Assembly: GCA_034530875.2 (NCBI GenBank)
Contig: JAVRCJ020000032.1
Coordinates: 1-64,000 of the forward strand
Reading direction: 5' to 3'
From: Nostoc sp. DedSLP01
GTDB lineage: Bacteria; Cyanobacteriota; Cyanobacteriia; Cyanobacteriales; Nostocaceae
DNA: 64,000 bases
Shown here piece after piece: positions 53,303 to 62,728 of the stretch. Numbering within the stretch: position 1 is the first letter of the stretch; each line of letters opens with the position of its first letter. Position numbers and translations under genes: made by a program. The notes beneath the pieces are model-generated. The model saw only the letters and a program-made list of their open reading frames with translations. It was not told the origin of the DNA and ran no database searches.

Positions 53303-54229
53303 AGCAATATTATCATTAGAGATTTTATAGATTTAACCAAGAAATAGCCTAAAAAAACATTTGTGAGTTTTGTTGAACCTTCCATACAAAATTTAAACAT
53401 TTTTCCATAAAATTATCATTTGGCGATTATCTAAATTTTCTTGGCTAACAACCTATCTGCGGGGTAACTGGCATTAAGTCAGTGCATTTGGTCTAAAGTG
53501 GAATTTTTCGGTCTTGAGGGTCAATAACTCTCATGTCTTAATGATTGCTTTGGCTGATAGATTGTTCTAACTACCTCATTTATAACTGAGAGCAAACCAT
53601 TTACAACTTAAGTGATATTGAAGTTTGTTTTTAGAGATAAGAAAGTTTTTCGGTAAGTGTTTCAGGGCTATTCGATTATATTATATTATACTCGTCAAAT
53701 TCTCAGAGTTCTTGCGTAATTCTACAATTACTTATTGTTATTATGAATCTCACTCTTTGCACCTGTACTAGTAAAAGCCGTACAAACAATTCTTGAATTA
53801 AATAAATCGTGCAATATTTTCGTTGTTGGCTGATTTTGCTAACTGGTTAAGTACCTGCTTTTACACATCAATCTTTGATTACTGCATAAATCAATTATTA
53901 ATTGCAAGGGTTACTTCAAATCCTTGTAACAATTTTCTCAAGGTATTGCTGCGCGATCGCACTACAACAGCGCTTTTACAATTAATTGTGATATCTATCA
54001 CTTTCGCTGTTAACTTATATCTAGACAGTAAGGCTTCGATGCTTTACAACTGTTTATTTGCTGGGTATAATATTTTCTTACTAATTGATAGCAGTTTAAA
54101 CCTATATACTAAAAAAGCTAAAAAAGCTAGGACTCTATTATAAATTTTGCATAAATTTTAAATCAAGATTAGATAAAAATATTTATTGTTAAACCAAAAT
54201 ATTATTTCACAATGTAATATCAGACGAGG

Positions 54230-54263
54230 AAAGAAGTTTCAGTAATTTTACTGAAACTTCTTT
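54230..54263. promoter_or_regulatory. 16-bp-arm palindrome ~70 nt upstream of the UbiA-family operon
   Basis: aaagaagtttcagtaa-tt-ttactgaaacttcttt. Confidence 0.5.
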
Positions 54264-54331
54264 TTAGTTTAAACTTGGCAAAGTTTTGAAATCTGAGCTT
54301 TTGCCCTACAAACAGACTAGAGGCATAACTT

Positions 54332-55318
54332 ATGGGATCTCGGCCTAGTTCAGTTGTAGAAAAATCTTTAACTGTCATAGCAACTAACTCTAAAAGATCG
54401 GCGTCCTATTTAGCTGCTATGCGACCGCGACAATGGACAAAAAATCTGGTAGTGTTTGCAGCACCATTGTTTGCATATAGCATAAATTGGCAATCTTTGT
54501 TAGGTAGCGTACTAGCATTTATATTATTTTGCTGTGCGTCAAGTGGCTTCTACTTGATCAATGACATCGCAGATGTTGAATCCGATCGCCAGCACCCTGT
54601 CAAATGTAAGCGACCGATTGCTGCGGGATTAGTTAGCATCCCTGTTGCTTTGACAATGGCATTAATCTTGCTGGGTGGTGCTGTGAGTATTGCTTGGTTA
54701 CGATCGCCGCAGTTGGGTGGAGCGATTACTGCTTATGCCTTATTGCAAGTTGCCTATAATCTAAGGCTCAAACGAGTGGTGATTTTAGATATTGGCGCGA
54801 TCGCTACGGGATTTGTGCTGCGAGCTTATGCCGGTGCCGCTGCGACAAATATTGTTTTATCGGGTTGGTTTTTAGTCTGTACTGCAATGCTGGCACTATT
54901 TTTGGGGGTTGAAAAACGCAAAGCAGAATTGCGGTTATCGCAAATTAAAGGTAGCAAACCTCGCTCTGTCCTCAAATACTATTCTTTGCCTTTACTAGAG
55001 CGTATGGAAAATGTCGTCACAACTGGCGCAGTTGTCACTTATGCTCTTTGGAGTGGCGGCCCGCACCTGCGTGGTGCGTCTACTTCTTGGATGCTACTAA
55101 CGCTACCGTTTGTTTTATATGGAATTTTTCGCTATCAGCTACTAAGCGACCCTCAAGATATTGCGACTTACAGCGACAAGGCTCTTGACAAAGGGGGACG
55201 AAGCGAACGACCCGAAGAAGTTTTACTGAGAGATTTGCCCATTTTGTTAACAGTCATTGGTTGGGTACTGACTTGCTTTTTGATTCTCTTCCTCAAACAT
55301 CATGGAATAATTACCTAA
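54332..55318 (+). CDS. Polyprenyl(decaprenyl)-phosphate phosphoribosyltransferase, UbiA family
   Basis: RPRQWTKN, YLINDIAD..DRQHPVKCKRPIAAG, GFVLRAYAG, KRKAEL, YGIFRY, PEEVLLRD. Confidence 0.88.
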   Translation: MGSRPSSVVEKSLTVIATNSKRSASYLAAMRPRQWTKNLVVFAAPLFAYSINWQSLLGSVLAFILFCCASSGFYLINDIADVESDRQHPVKCKRPIAAGLVSIPVALTMALILLGGAVSIAWLRSPQLGGAITAYALLQVAYNLRLKRVVILDIGAIATGFVLRAYAGAAATNIVLSGWFLVCTAMLALFLGVEKRKAELRLSQIKGSKPRSVLKYYSLPLLERMENVVTTGAVVTYALWSGGPHLRGASTSWMLLTLPFVLYGIFRYQLLSDPQDIATYSDKALDKGGRSERPEEVLLRDLPILLTVIGWVLTCFLILFLKHHGIIT

Positions 55319-55361
55319 ATCTAATTCATCAGTCAACAGCAAAATCTTCGGTAATTTGCAG

Positions 55362-56054
55362 ATGAAAAATTTCAAAATTTGGTTAGTTAAGTGGCTGCGT
55401 TGGCACAGTTCGCCGCAGCCAAAAGTCAGAGCGGAGGTTTCCTCCGTAGACGCCCAAAAGGCGGCTTACCGCAGGCATCTGAACTTTTCAAGACAGGCAT
55501 CGCATATCTTACAGAAACGCCACAAACTACCACGACGAGTGCATCTACTAGCTGAAATCGAAATTGCTCGAATTCAAAGCTGTGGCATTAAAGGAATTAT
55601 TCTCGATCTAGATAATACGATTGTTTCGGAAGATGACTGCTATCTTTCTCCTTGGGCAGAAGATTGGATTACCAAAGCAAAGTTAGCAGGATTGGAATTT
55701 TTTATCCTCTCAAATGGGAAACGTCGCTATCGCGTCAAATATTGGTCGCATCGTCTGGATATACAGGTTATCAGCCCAGCGAAAAAGCCTTTTCCGAAAG
55801 CATTTCGTCAAGCAATAGCTTATATGCGGCTAGAACCAAAACAAGTAGTTGTTATTGGCGATAGTTTACATACTGATGTTTTAGGAGCGTGGCTTTCAGG
55901 ATGCCATTGCATCCAATCTTCCACACTTCCCCATCCTCCCCGGTGGTGGGAAAAACTCGCTGGCAAATGGATACAAACTTCTTATCCAGATGACTACGAA
56001 ATTTGGGATTTTGATGCTCGTGAGTATAAAAGTTTCTCAGACAATTTTTGTTAG
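55362..56054 (+). CDS. YqeG-family HAD IIIA phosphatase
   Basis: DLDNT, ILSNG, AKKP, IGDSLHTDVLGA; ATG at 55362 (track start 55356). Confidence 0.85.
   Translation: MKNFKIWLVKWLRWHSSPQPKVRAEVSSVDAQKAAYRRHLNFSRQASHILQKRHKLPRRVHLLAEIEIARIQSCGIKGIILDLDNTIVSEDDCYLSPWAEDWITKAKLAGLEFFILSNGKRRYRVKYWSHRLDIQVISPAKKPFPKAFRQAIAYMRLEPKQVVVIGDSLHTDVLGAWLSGCHCIQSSTLPHPPRWWEKLAGKWIQTSYPDDYEIWDFDAREYKSFSDNFC
55421..55488. repeat. Hairpin repeat with a nested 30-nt insertion, inside the coding sequence
   Basis: aaaagtcagagcggaggtttcctccg[tagacgcccaaaaggcggcttaccgcaggc, 55447-55476]atctgaactttt. Confidence 0.65.
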
Positions 56055-56062
56055 TGCTTGCT

Positions 56063-56428
56063 ATGAACTATATTCCTTTGATTCTGTCCGGCGTCTTTTT
56101 AAATGCTTTTGCCCAACTATTTTTAAAAAAGGGCATGTTAACCATCGGATATTTCGATTTTTCATTAGCTAATATTTTACCAATTCTATTTAAGGTTGCG
56201 CTTAACCCTTTCATTATTCTTGGTTTAGCGTGTTATGTAATCAGCGTTGGTTTATGGATGCTAGTTCTATCGCGTGTTGAGGTAAGCTTTGCCTATCCTT
56301 TTCTAAGTGTTGGCTACATTATTACTGCAATCATAGGTTACACAGTTTTTCATGAAAACCTATCTGTTAACAGATTAGCTGGCATATTTTTTATATGTCT
56401 TGGTGTTATTTTCATATCCAAAAGGTAG
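56063..56428 (+). CDS. SMR/EamA-type small membrane protein (ArnE/ArnF flippase-like)
   Basis: AQLFLKKG, WMLVLSRVEVSFAYPFLS, FHENLS. Confidence 0.8.
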   Translation: MNYIPLILSGVFLNAFAQLFLKKGMLTIGYFDFSLANILPILFKVALNPFIILGLACYVISVGLWMLVLSRVEVSFAYPFLSVGYIITAIIGYTVFHENLSVNRLAGIFFICLGVIFISKR

Positions 56429-56514
56429 CTTCGTAACTACAGAAATCTAATTTGATTTTTGGAAAAAATAGCAGATTCATCAAGGCAATAGGTAGTTAAT
56501 AGTTTTAATCTTGC

Positions 56515-56624
56515 TATAGCAGGAGGCAGGAGGCAGAAGGCAGGGGGCAGGAAATAAAACTATTATTATTCCTAGCATTTAAGCTTGTCATGATGTCCTA
56601 ACATATCGGACTACTGCTATAACT
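56515..56624 (-). mobile_element. ~105-bp MITE-like element, copy 1, nested in another repeat
   Basis: tatagcag/ctgctata ends; inverted near-copy at 59557-59667. Confidence 0.75.
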
Positions 56625-56743
56625 GCTGATTTTCTATTGCCTATTTGAAAATTGTTAATCAAATAAAACCATCGAATTGTAATTTTATTTAGAAGTGTTT
56701 ATTTTTTCAATTATGGTAGAATTAAAACAAAAAAATAAGGTTT

Positions 56744-57751
56744 ATGAAACACATAATTTTTGGCGGAGATGGTTTTGTGGGGCGGTATTTAGCCCAAGAT
56801 TTAATTAATCAAGGTAAAGAAGTTATAGTTTGCGATATCAATCAAAGTAAACTGCCAATTTATCCGGAAGCAAAATTTATCAAACTAGACATTACAAAAA
56901 TAGAAGAATTTCATGCGTTAGAAATTCAGCCTAACGATGTTGTTTATCATCTAGCAGCAAGACAGTACGATCGCAATATTCCCAGACGTAACAGACGAGA
57001 ATATTTTGAAGCTGTAAATTGTGTAGGTACTGCCAATATTTTAGAGTATTTAAATCAACAAGGCGGTCGAAATCTCATATATTTCAGTACCGATATGGTT
57101 TATGGAAAGCCACTAAAACTTCCTGTAGATATAAACCATCCCAGAAATCCTTACGGCCCTTACGGTCAGAGCAAAAGAAAATCAGAAGATTTATGTAAAT
57201 TATATCGAGACGAAGGCATAAATATCACAATTTTTCGACCGCGATTAATTATCGGCCCGGGTAGGTTAGGAGTATTAGGAAAATTATTTTTTCTCATTAA
57301 TAAAAATTTGCCAGTTCCAATGATTGGAGATGGCTCTAACCATTATCAGATGGTTTCTGTTTTCGATTGTGTCAGTGCTATTCAATTAGCTGTCAGCAAA
57401 GGAATCCCGAACCAAGAATACAATCTAGGTTCCAAAGCGCCACCAAGTGTCGAAGAACTTTTAGGTAGCTTCATTAAGAGAGTCAGATCGAATTCTATCT
57501 TGCTCAAAACGCCTGGTGGTTTAATCAAGCAAATTTTGAAGTTTCTCGATAACGTTGGCTTGACATTAATGTACGAAGAACAATTTATGATTGCCGACGA
57601 AAACTATATTGTCGATATCTCGAAAACTGAAAACGAGCTTGGCTGGCAACCTGATTATCAAGATGACGAAATGATATATCAGGCATTCAATGAGTATAAA
57701 AATCGTTTATCTCCAGTTCCCAAAGCCCGACACGAATCAACAGTGAAATAA
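56744..57751 (+). CDS. NAD-dependent epimerase/dehydratase (extended SDR)
   Basis: GGDGFVG, YHLAA, FSTDMVYG, YGQSK, RPRLIIGPG. Confidence 0.9.
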   Translation: MKHIIFGGDGFVGRYLAQDLINQGKEVIVCDINQSKLPIYPEAKFIKLDITKIEEFHALEIQPNDVVYHLAARQYDRNIPRRNRREYFEAVNCVGTANILEYLNQQGGRNLIYFSTDMVYGKPLKLPVDINHPRNPYGPYGQSKRKSEDLCKLYRDEGINITIFRPRLIIGPGRLGVLGKLFFLINKNLPVPMIGDGSNHYQMVSVFDCVSAIQLAVSKGIPNQEYNLGSKAPPSVEELLGSFIKRVRSNSILLKTPGGLIKQILKFLDNVGLTLMYEEQFMIADENYIVDISKTENELGWQPDYQDDEMIYQAFNEYKNRLSPVPKARHESTVK

Positions 57752-57756
57752 AAATG

Positions 57757-57793
57757 TTTGGAAGTGAAAATATTTGTATATTTCACTTCCAAA
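57757..57793. terminator. 13-bp stem hairpin directly after the epimerase stop
   Basis: tttggaagtgaaa / tttcacttccaaa. Confidence 0.45.
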
Positions 57794-57887
57794 TGTTCGT
57801 GACACTTAATTGTACATTTATTTTGTTTAATAAGTGCTATAAGATATGGAAGTCATTAATGTTGTGTAATATCAAGGAGTTAAATAT

Positions 57888-59456
57888 ATGATTAAAACTA
57901 TAAATCAGAGGTGGTCTAAATATCATATTTCTATTTTGATAGTAATTGCGATCGCTATTTTTCTACGCTTTTTTATGCTGTCAAACCAGAGCTATTGGTA
58001 TGATGAAGGATTGAGCTTAGTTAATTCTGATGTCTCTACCCTTCAAGAGAGCATTGCAAAAGTTAGAAATATAACCAATAGCGATAGATTTCAACCATTT
58101 TATTTTATAGTTTTATTTTGGTGGCGTCAGCTCTTTGGTGAAAGTGAATTTGCCGTTCGTTCCTTTTCTGCTCTTTTAGGAATTGCCTCTATTATCCTTA
58201 TATTTTTTACTGCCTTACCAATATATGGTAAAAAGCACGCTTTCTGGTCTTTGCTACTTGTAACATTCAGTTCTTTTTGTGTTTATTACAGCCAGGAAGC
58301 AAGAATTTATGCTTTAGCAATGTTTATCGCTTCACTTCAACTATATTTCTTTAGGAAGGTATTAATTAATAATGGATATCATCAAGGAATTTCAAAATGG
58401 TTGTTTGCTATTTTTGTCGGTTTAGGAATTTTCACTAATATTAATATATGCGCTTTTACTGCGGCGCTGTGTCTATCTCATATTGCTATATATAGAAATT
58501 TTAAGCAATGGCTGCAATGGTGGATTCCTGCTGCATTGTTATCTTTACCGTCAATTATTTATCACCTGACTTTACGCGGAGCAACCGATCCAGATACCAT
58601 TGCAGTTTCTCGTTCGGGGTTTCCGATTATTCAAAATATTCTTTTTGTCATACATGGCCTGTTAGTGGGAACAACTTACGGCCCTTCAATGGAACTGCTG
58701 CGCGATGAGAATAGGGTGCAAGTTATTCTGAATCACTGGCCTTATATATTGTTATTGTTAATTGTCACTAGTGTAATTTTTTGGGCTTTATTAAGAGTTT
58801 TATTAAAACAAAAACAACATCATAACAGAGAGCAGCAGTCCGATCGTTTTTTTGCTTCTGTTCTTGTCATAGCATTTTTACTGGGATTGGTTTTAGCTAT
58901 AGCAACAAAATTTAATTGGGTACCGCGTCATTCTTATTATCTTTGGTTACCACTTGCTATGCTAATCCCATCAACTTTTATTCACAGGTATAGTTTTAGC
59001 TCCAAAACCGATGGAATATCTCAGTTGGCTCAAATCGCTGCCATATTGCTGATAGTTTTGAATATCTATTCTCTTTCTAACTACTACTTTAATGAAGACT
59101 ATCGCAAAGATGATTATCGCTCTGCCGTTCAGTATCTAATCAAAAATCAATCTCCTTCTACACAATCTGTATTATTTGGGAGTCAGAGATTAGTCAGATA
59201 CTACGGTGATACTCGAACTCAGGAGATAAACGCTTTAGCTAATAAATTAAAAAAATCAACCTTAAAAGGAACATTGGCAAAAGAAGTACAAAAAGTAACA
59301 AACAATGCAGATGTAGTTTTATTCGCAGTTAATCGCGAGCATCTATTTGGGAAAGGGTTGATTGAAAAACAAATGAGCGCTCTGTATAAAGTAGATGAGC
59401 AAGTTAGTTTTCCATATATAAACATATATCGTTTTTCTAAAAAGAAAAATTCATAA
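57888..59456 (+). CDS. GT-C fold glycosyltransferase (GT39/PMT_2/ArnT-like)
   Basis: LRF..L..QSYWYDE, QPFYF, FGESEFAVRSFSA, YYSQEARIYAL, multiple TMs, KDDYR. Confidence 0.87.
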   Translation: MIKTINQRWSKYHISILIVIAIAIFLRFFMLSNQSYWYDEGLSLVNSDVSTLQESIAKVRNITNSDRFQPFYFIVLFWWRQLFGESEFAVRSFSALLGIASIILIFFTALPIYGKKHAFWSLLLVTFSSFCVYYSQEARIYALAMFIASLQLYFFRKVLINNGYHQGISKWLFAIFVGLGIFTNINICAFTAALCLSHIAIYRNFKQWLQWWIPAALLSLPSIIYHLTLRGATDPDTIAVSRSGFPIIQNILFVIHGLLVGTTYGPSMELLRDENRVQVILNHWPYILLLLIVTSVIFWALLRVLLKQKQHHNREQQSDRFFASVLVIAFLLGLVLAIATKFNWVPRHSYYLWLPLAMLIPSTFIHRYSFSSKTDGISQLAQIAAILLIVLNIYSLSNYYFNEDYRKDDYRSAVQYLIKNQSPSTQSVLFGSQRLVRYYGDTRTQEINALANKLKKSTLKGTLAKEVQKVTNNADVVLFAVNREHLFGKGLIEKQMSALYKVDEQVSFPYINIYRFSKKKNS

Positions 59457-59556
59457 TATTCCAGAAATTCAATTATGCAATTTTGCGAGCGAAAACCGCG
59501 ATCGCATTTTTCCCCCTCTGCCTCCCTTACCCAGCCAACGGTGGAATATTTTTTTT

Positions 59557-59667
59557 AGTTATAGCCGTAGTCAGATATGTTAAGACATAATGACAAGCGT
59601 GAATGCTAGGAATAATAATACTTTTATTTCCTGGCTTCTGCCTCCTGCCTTCTGCCTCCTGCCTCCT
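59557..59667 (+). mobile_element. ~105-bp MITE-like element, copy 2, inverted relative to copy 1
   Basis: 70 of 77 nt match the reverse complement of 56548-56624, followed by the same ctgcctc array. Confidence 0.75.
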
Positions 59668-59798
59668 CCCATAAAAGTCCCTGTCTGTAGGCATTGGCTA
59701 GAGTAGAATATTGCCGCAGGTAACTGTCCGTCACCTCTTGGACTTAATCTTTGTGGGTGACTTAATTTTCAGTTGCCATTACACTCAACTATTCGACC

Positions 59799-61472
59799 AT
59801 GCAATCACCCATTACAGTCGGCACTGTCTTGCAAAACCGTTACCGGATAATTCAAATTCTCGGACAAGGAGGATTTGGTAGAACCTATTTGGCAGAAGAC
59901 CAGAGGCGCTTTAACGAACTTTGCGCGATTAAGGAATTGGTTTCAACAGCGACGGAAACTTCAGCTTGGGAGAAAGCACAAGAGCTTTTTCACCGAGAGG
60001 CTGCTATCTTATATCAAATCGAACACCCACAAGTGCCGAAATTTCGGGAAAGATTTGAGCAAGACCAACGTTTGTTTTTGGTGGAGGACTACGTTGCAGG
60101 TCAGACTTACCGAACTCTGCTGACCGAGAAGCAAGCTGTAGGACAAACTTTCACACAAGCAGAAGTATTGGCTCTCATTGAGTCTTTGTTGCCTGTTTTA
60201 GAGCATATTCACAGTCGAGGGATTATTCACCGGGATATCTCACCAGAAAATATTATTTTGCGAGATAGCGATGGCAAGCCTGTATTAATTGACTTTGGAG
60301 TAGTCAAAGAACTGGCAACGCGCTTGCAATCTCCAGATAGCCTAATGCCAGTAACTAGCGTGGGAAAAATAGGCTACTCTCCAAGCGAACAAATGCAAAC
60401 TGGAGGTGCTTATCCGAGTAGCGATTTGTATGCATTAGCGGTAACTGCGGTTGTTTTGCTGACTGGTAAAGAACCAAGAGATTTATTTGATGAAAACCAA
60501 TTAACTTGGAATTGGCAGCGTTGGGTACAAGTTAATCCAGGATTTGCCCAAGTTTTGAATCGAATGTTAAATCATATTCCCAGCGATCGCTACCAAACTG
60601 CTGCTGATGTATCCCAAGCATTACAATTTTTACAGCAACCCAGTACCCCTAGACCGGAGGTTTCCAACTTGCAGACAATTGCTGTTGGCCGCCGTCCTGA
60701 TTTGGTAGCACCAGCAGCTTCGCCAAAGAAACCTGCTCCCACAATCCCACCAACTCAAACTAGTTCGGTCTTAGATAATCCGTTAGCGATCGCAGCAATT
60801 GGTATTTTTGTAGTTATTTTAGCCGGGTTTGGTTCTTGGGCGATCGTAAGTTCGATTCGCAGTCAGTCAAAAGCAGCACCAGAACAAAAGGTTCCCCAAG
60901 ATTTTCCCTCACCGGTGATTTCTGAGGGTAGTACATTCACATCTACACCTACACCCACTCCAGAGCAACCTGTTATTTCTACTAAGCCTTTGAATCTAGG
61001 AGCATTTGGCGCTACGGCAGTTGAAGATACTATCAAAGCAAATCAAATCATCCGCTACACTTTTCTTGGTCAAGAAGGAGTCAAGTTAACTACATTTATT
61101 GATGTAGGAAGCAGCGTTTTACTAACAGTAATAAATCCTAATAAACGACCAATTAATAATGCTCAACGAGTCAGATCTTATGAAGGTACATTACTAGTTA
61201 CTGGTGTATATACTATTGAGTTAATTCTGCCTCCAGGAATTGCCGAAAGCGATTACAATCTCAATGTTGGATTAGAAAAACTCATCGAATCTACACCCAC
61301 AGAAACGCCCACCCCAACCCCAACACCAACTCCAACCGAAACTCCTACCCCCACTCCAACAGAAACTCCAACACCAACTCCAACAGAAATTCCAACTCCA
61401 GAGATAGAAAATAATAATCCGCTGATTGATAGCACACCTGCGCCAATTCCCAATCCCACAATTTCGCCGTAA
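59799..61472 (+). CDS. Membrane Ser/Thr protein kinase with Pro/Thr-rich extracellular tail
   Basis: GQGGFG, AIKE, HRDISPEN, DFG; TM helix; (TP)n repeats near the C-terminus. Confidence 0.93.
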   Translation: MQSPITVGTVLQNRYRIIQILGQGGFGRTYLAEDQRRFNELCAIKELVSTATETSAWEKAQELFHREAAILYQIEHPQVPKFRERFEQDQRLFLVEDYVAGQTYRTLLTEKQAVGQTFTQAEVLALIESLLPVLEHIHSRGIIHRDISPENIILRDSDGKPVLIDFGVVKELATRLQSPDSLMPVTSVGKIGYSPSEQMQTGGAYPSSDLYALAVTAVVLLTGKEPRDLFDENQLTWNWQRWVQVNPGFAQVLNRMLNHIPSDRYQTAADVSQALQFLQQPSTPRPEVSNLQTIAVGRRPDLVAPAASPKKPAPTIPPTQTSSVLDNPLAIAAIGIFVVILAGFGSWAIVSSIRSQSKAAPEQKVPQDFPSPVISEGSTFTSTPTPTPEQPVISTKPLNLGAFGATAVEDTIKANQIIRYTFLGQEGVKLTTFIDVGSSVLLTVINPNKRPINNAQRVRSYEGTLLVTGVYTIELILPPGIAESDYNLNVGLEKLIESTPTETPTPTPTPTPTETPTPTPTETPTPTPTEIPTPEIENNNPLIDSTPAPIPNPTISP

Positions 61473-61540
61473 ATTGAATAATTTCTCTAGTGACTTAATG
61501 AATGTATTTGTCGAAATTGTATTAAGATGAATTACAGCAG

Positions 61541-61579
61541 AAGTCAGAATTCAGAATTCAGAATTCAGGATTCAGAATT
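61541..61579. repeat. STRR array (cagaatt)n
   Basis: Tandem heptamers. Confidence 0.8.
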
Positions 61580-61678
61580 AAAACAAGCTCTTTGTTTGGT
61601 TTGAAGAGTGAAGTTGTAGACTGCAACTGATTGAAAATCTGCTGTAAACATGAAAAAACGTTAACTATTTAACAATCA

Positions 61679-62365
61679 TTGTTGAACGCATTACTGATTA
61701 CTGGAACTGATACAGAGGCTGGTAAAACTGTTTTAACCACAGCGTTAGCAGCTTATTGGCAAAAATATTACCCGCAACGTCCTTGGGGAATCATGAAACC
61801 GATTCAATCAGGGATTGGCGATCGCGAGTGGTATCAAAATCTATTTACCCTAGAACAATCTGCCGAAGAAATTACACCGTTGTATTTTCAAGCACCGCTT
61901 GCTCCTCCCATCGCCGCAGCAAAAGAAAATCGCCAAGTAGATTTAGCATTGGTGTGGCAAACTTTGTCTAAATTGCGATCGCAGCGCGATTTTTTACTGG
62001 TAGAAGCCTTGGGTGGCTTGGGTTCGCCAGTAACCGACGAATTAACGGTAGCTGATTTAGCCGCAGAATGGCGCTTACCAACGGTATTAGTAGTACCAGT
62101 GAAATTAGGTGCGATCGCTCAAGCAGTGGCAAATGTCGCATTAGCAAGACAATTGCGCGTAGATCTCAAAGGCATTGTCTTGAACTGCGTACAACCTCGT
62201 TCAGATGCACAGATAGCCGACTGGACGCCACCAGAATTAATTCAATCCCTAACTAACACGCCAGTTTTAGGCTGCTTACCTTATTTAGAAAACCCTACTG
62301 ATTTAGACAAACTTGCTCAAATAGCATCAGATTTAGATTTAGAAACACTAATGTTTCAAAATTAA
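61679..62365 (+). CDS. bioD: Dethiobiotin synthase
   Basis: [31 protein letters not shown]. Confidence 0.95.
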   Translation: MLNALLITGTDTEAGKTVLTTALAAYWQKYYPQRPWGIMKPIQSGIGDREWYQNLFTLEQSAEEITPLYFQAPLAPPIAAAKENRQVDLALVWQTLSKLRSQRDFLLVEALGGLGSPVTDELTVADLAAEWRLPTVLVVPVKLGAIAQAVANVALARQLRVDLKGIVLNCVQPRSDAQIADWTPPELIQSLTNTPVLGCLPYLENPTDLDKLAQIASDLDLETLMFQN

Positions 62366-62437
62366 ATTGTGGAAATTCCCAGTATACAGCTCCCTGATTT
62401 CTGGTAAGAAGTCGGGGATTTCAATTTTTTGCGTACA

Positions 62438-62582
62438 TATAGAAATCCGGTTTGATTTGGAGAATTTATTTGTGTGGTGCGCAAAGCGCAGCGCAAGCGC
62501 GATAGACAGGGACTAGGGAGTAGGATAGAAGCCTTGTCTGGATGTACTGATTTTTTTCACGCAATCAAATGTCAGCCCTATA
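62438..62582. repeat. MITE-like element (tttgatt...aatcaaa family) with a GC-rich internal insert
   Basis: tatagaaatccggtttgatt...aatcaaatgtcagccctata; internal gcgcaaagcgcagcgcaagcgcg. Confidence 0.5.
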
Positions 62583-62728
62583 TTAGGTAAAAGCGATCGC
62601 ATTATTGTGCAATTTCCTGGAGAAATTGAACTAAACTGCGTCTACTTTGAAAAAGCTGACTCGTCAAACTCACGCTAAAGTGGGAAGATAACCTAAGTTA
62701 GGTGTACTTCAACTACCTTATCTTGATA

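Noticed and set aside
53823..54143. 106-aa ORF in the prs-ubiA spacer
   Set aside because: TTG start, no recognisable motif, composition like non-coding AT-rich DNA
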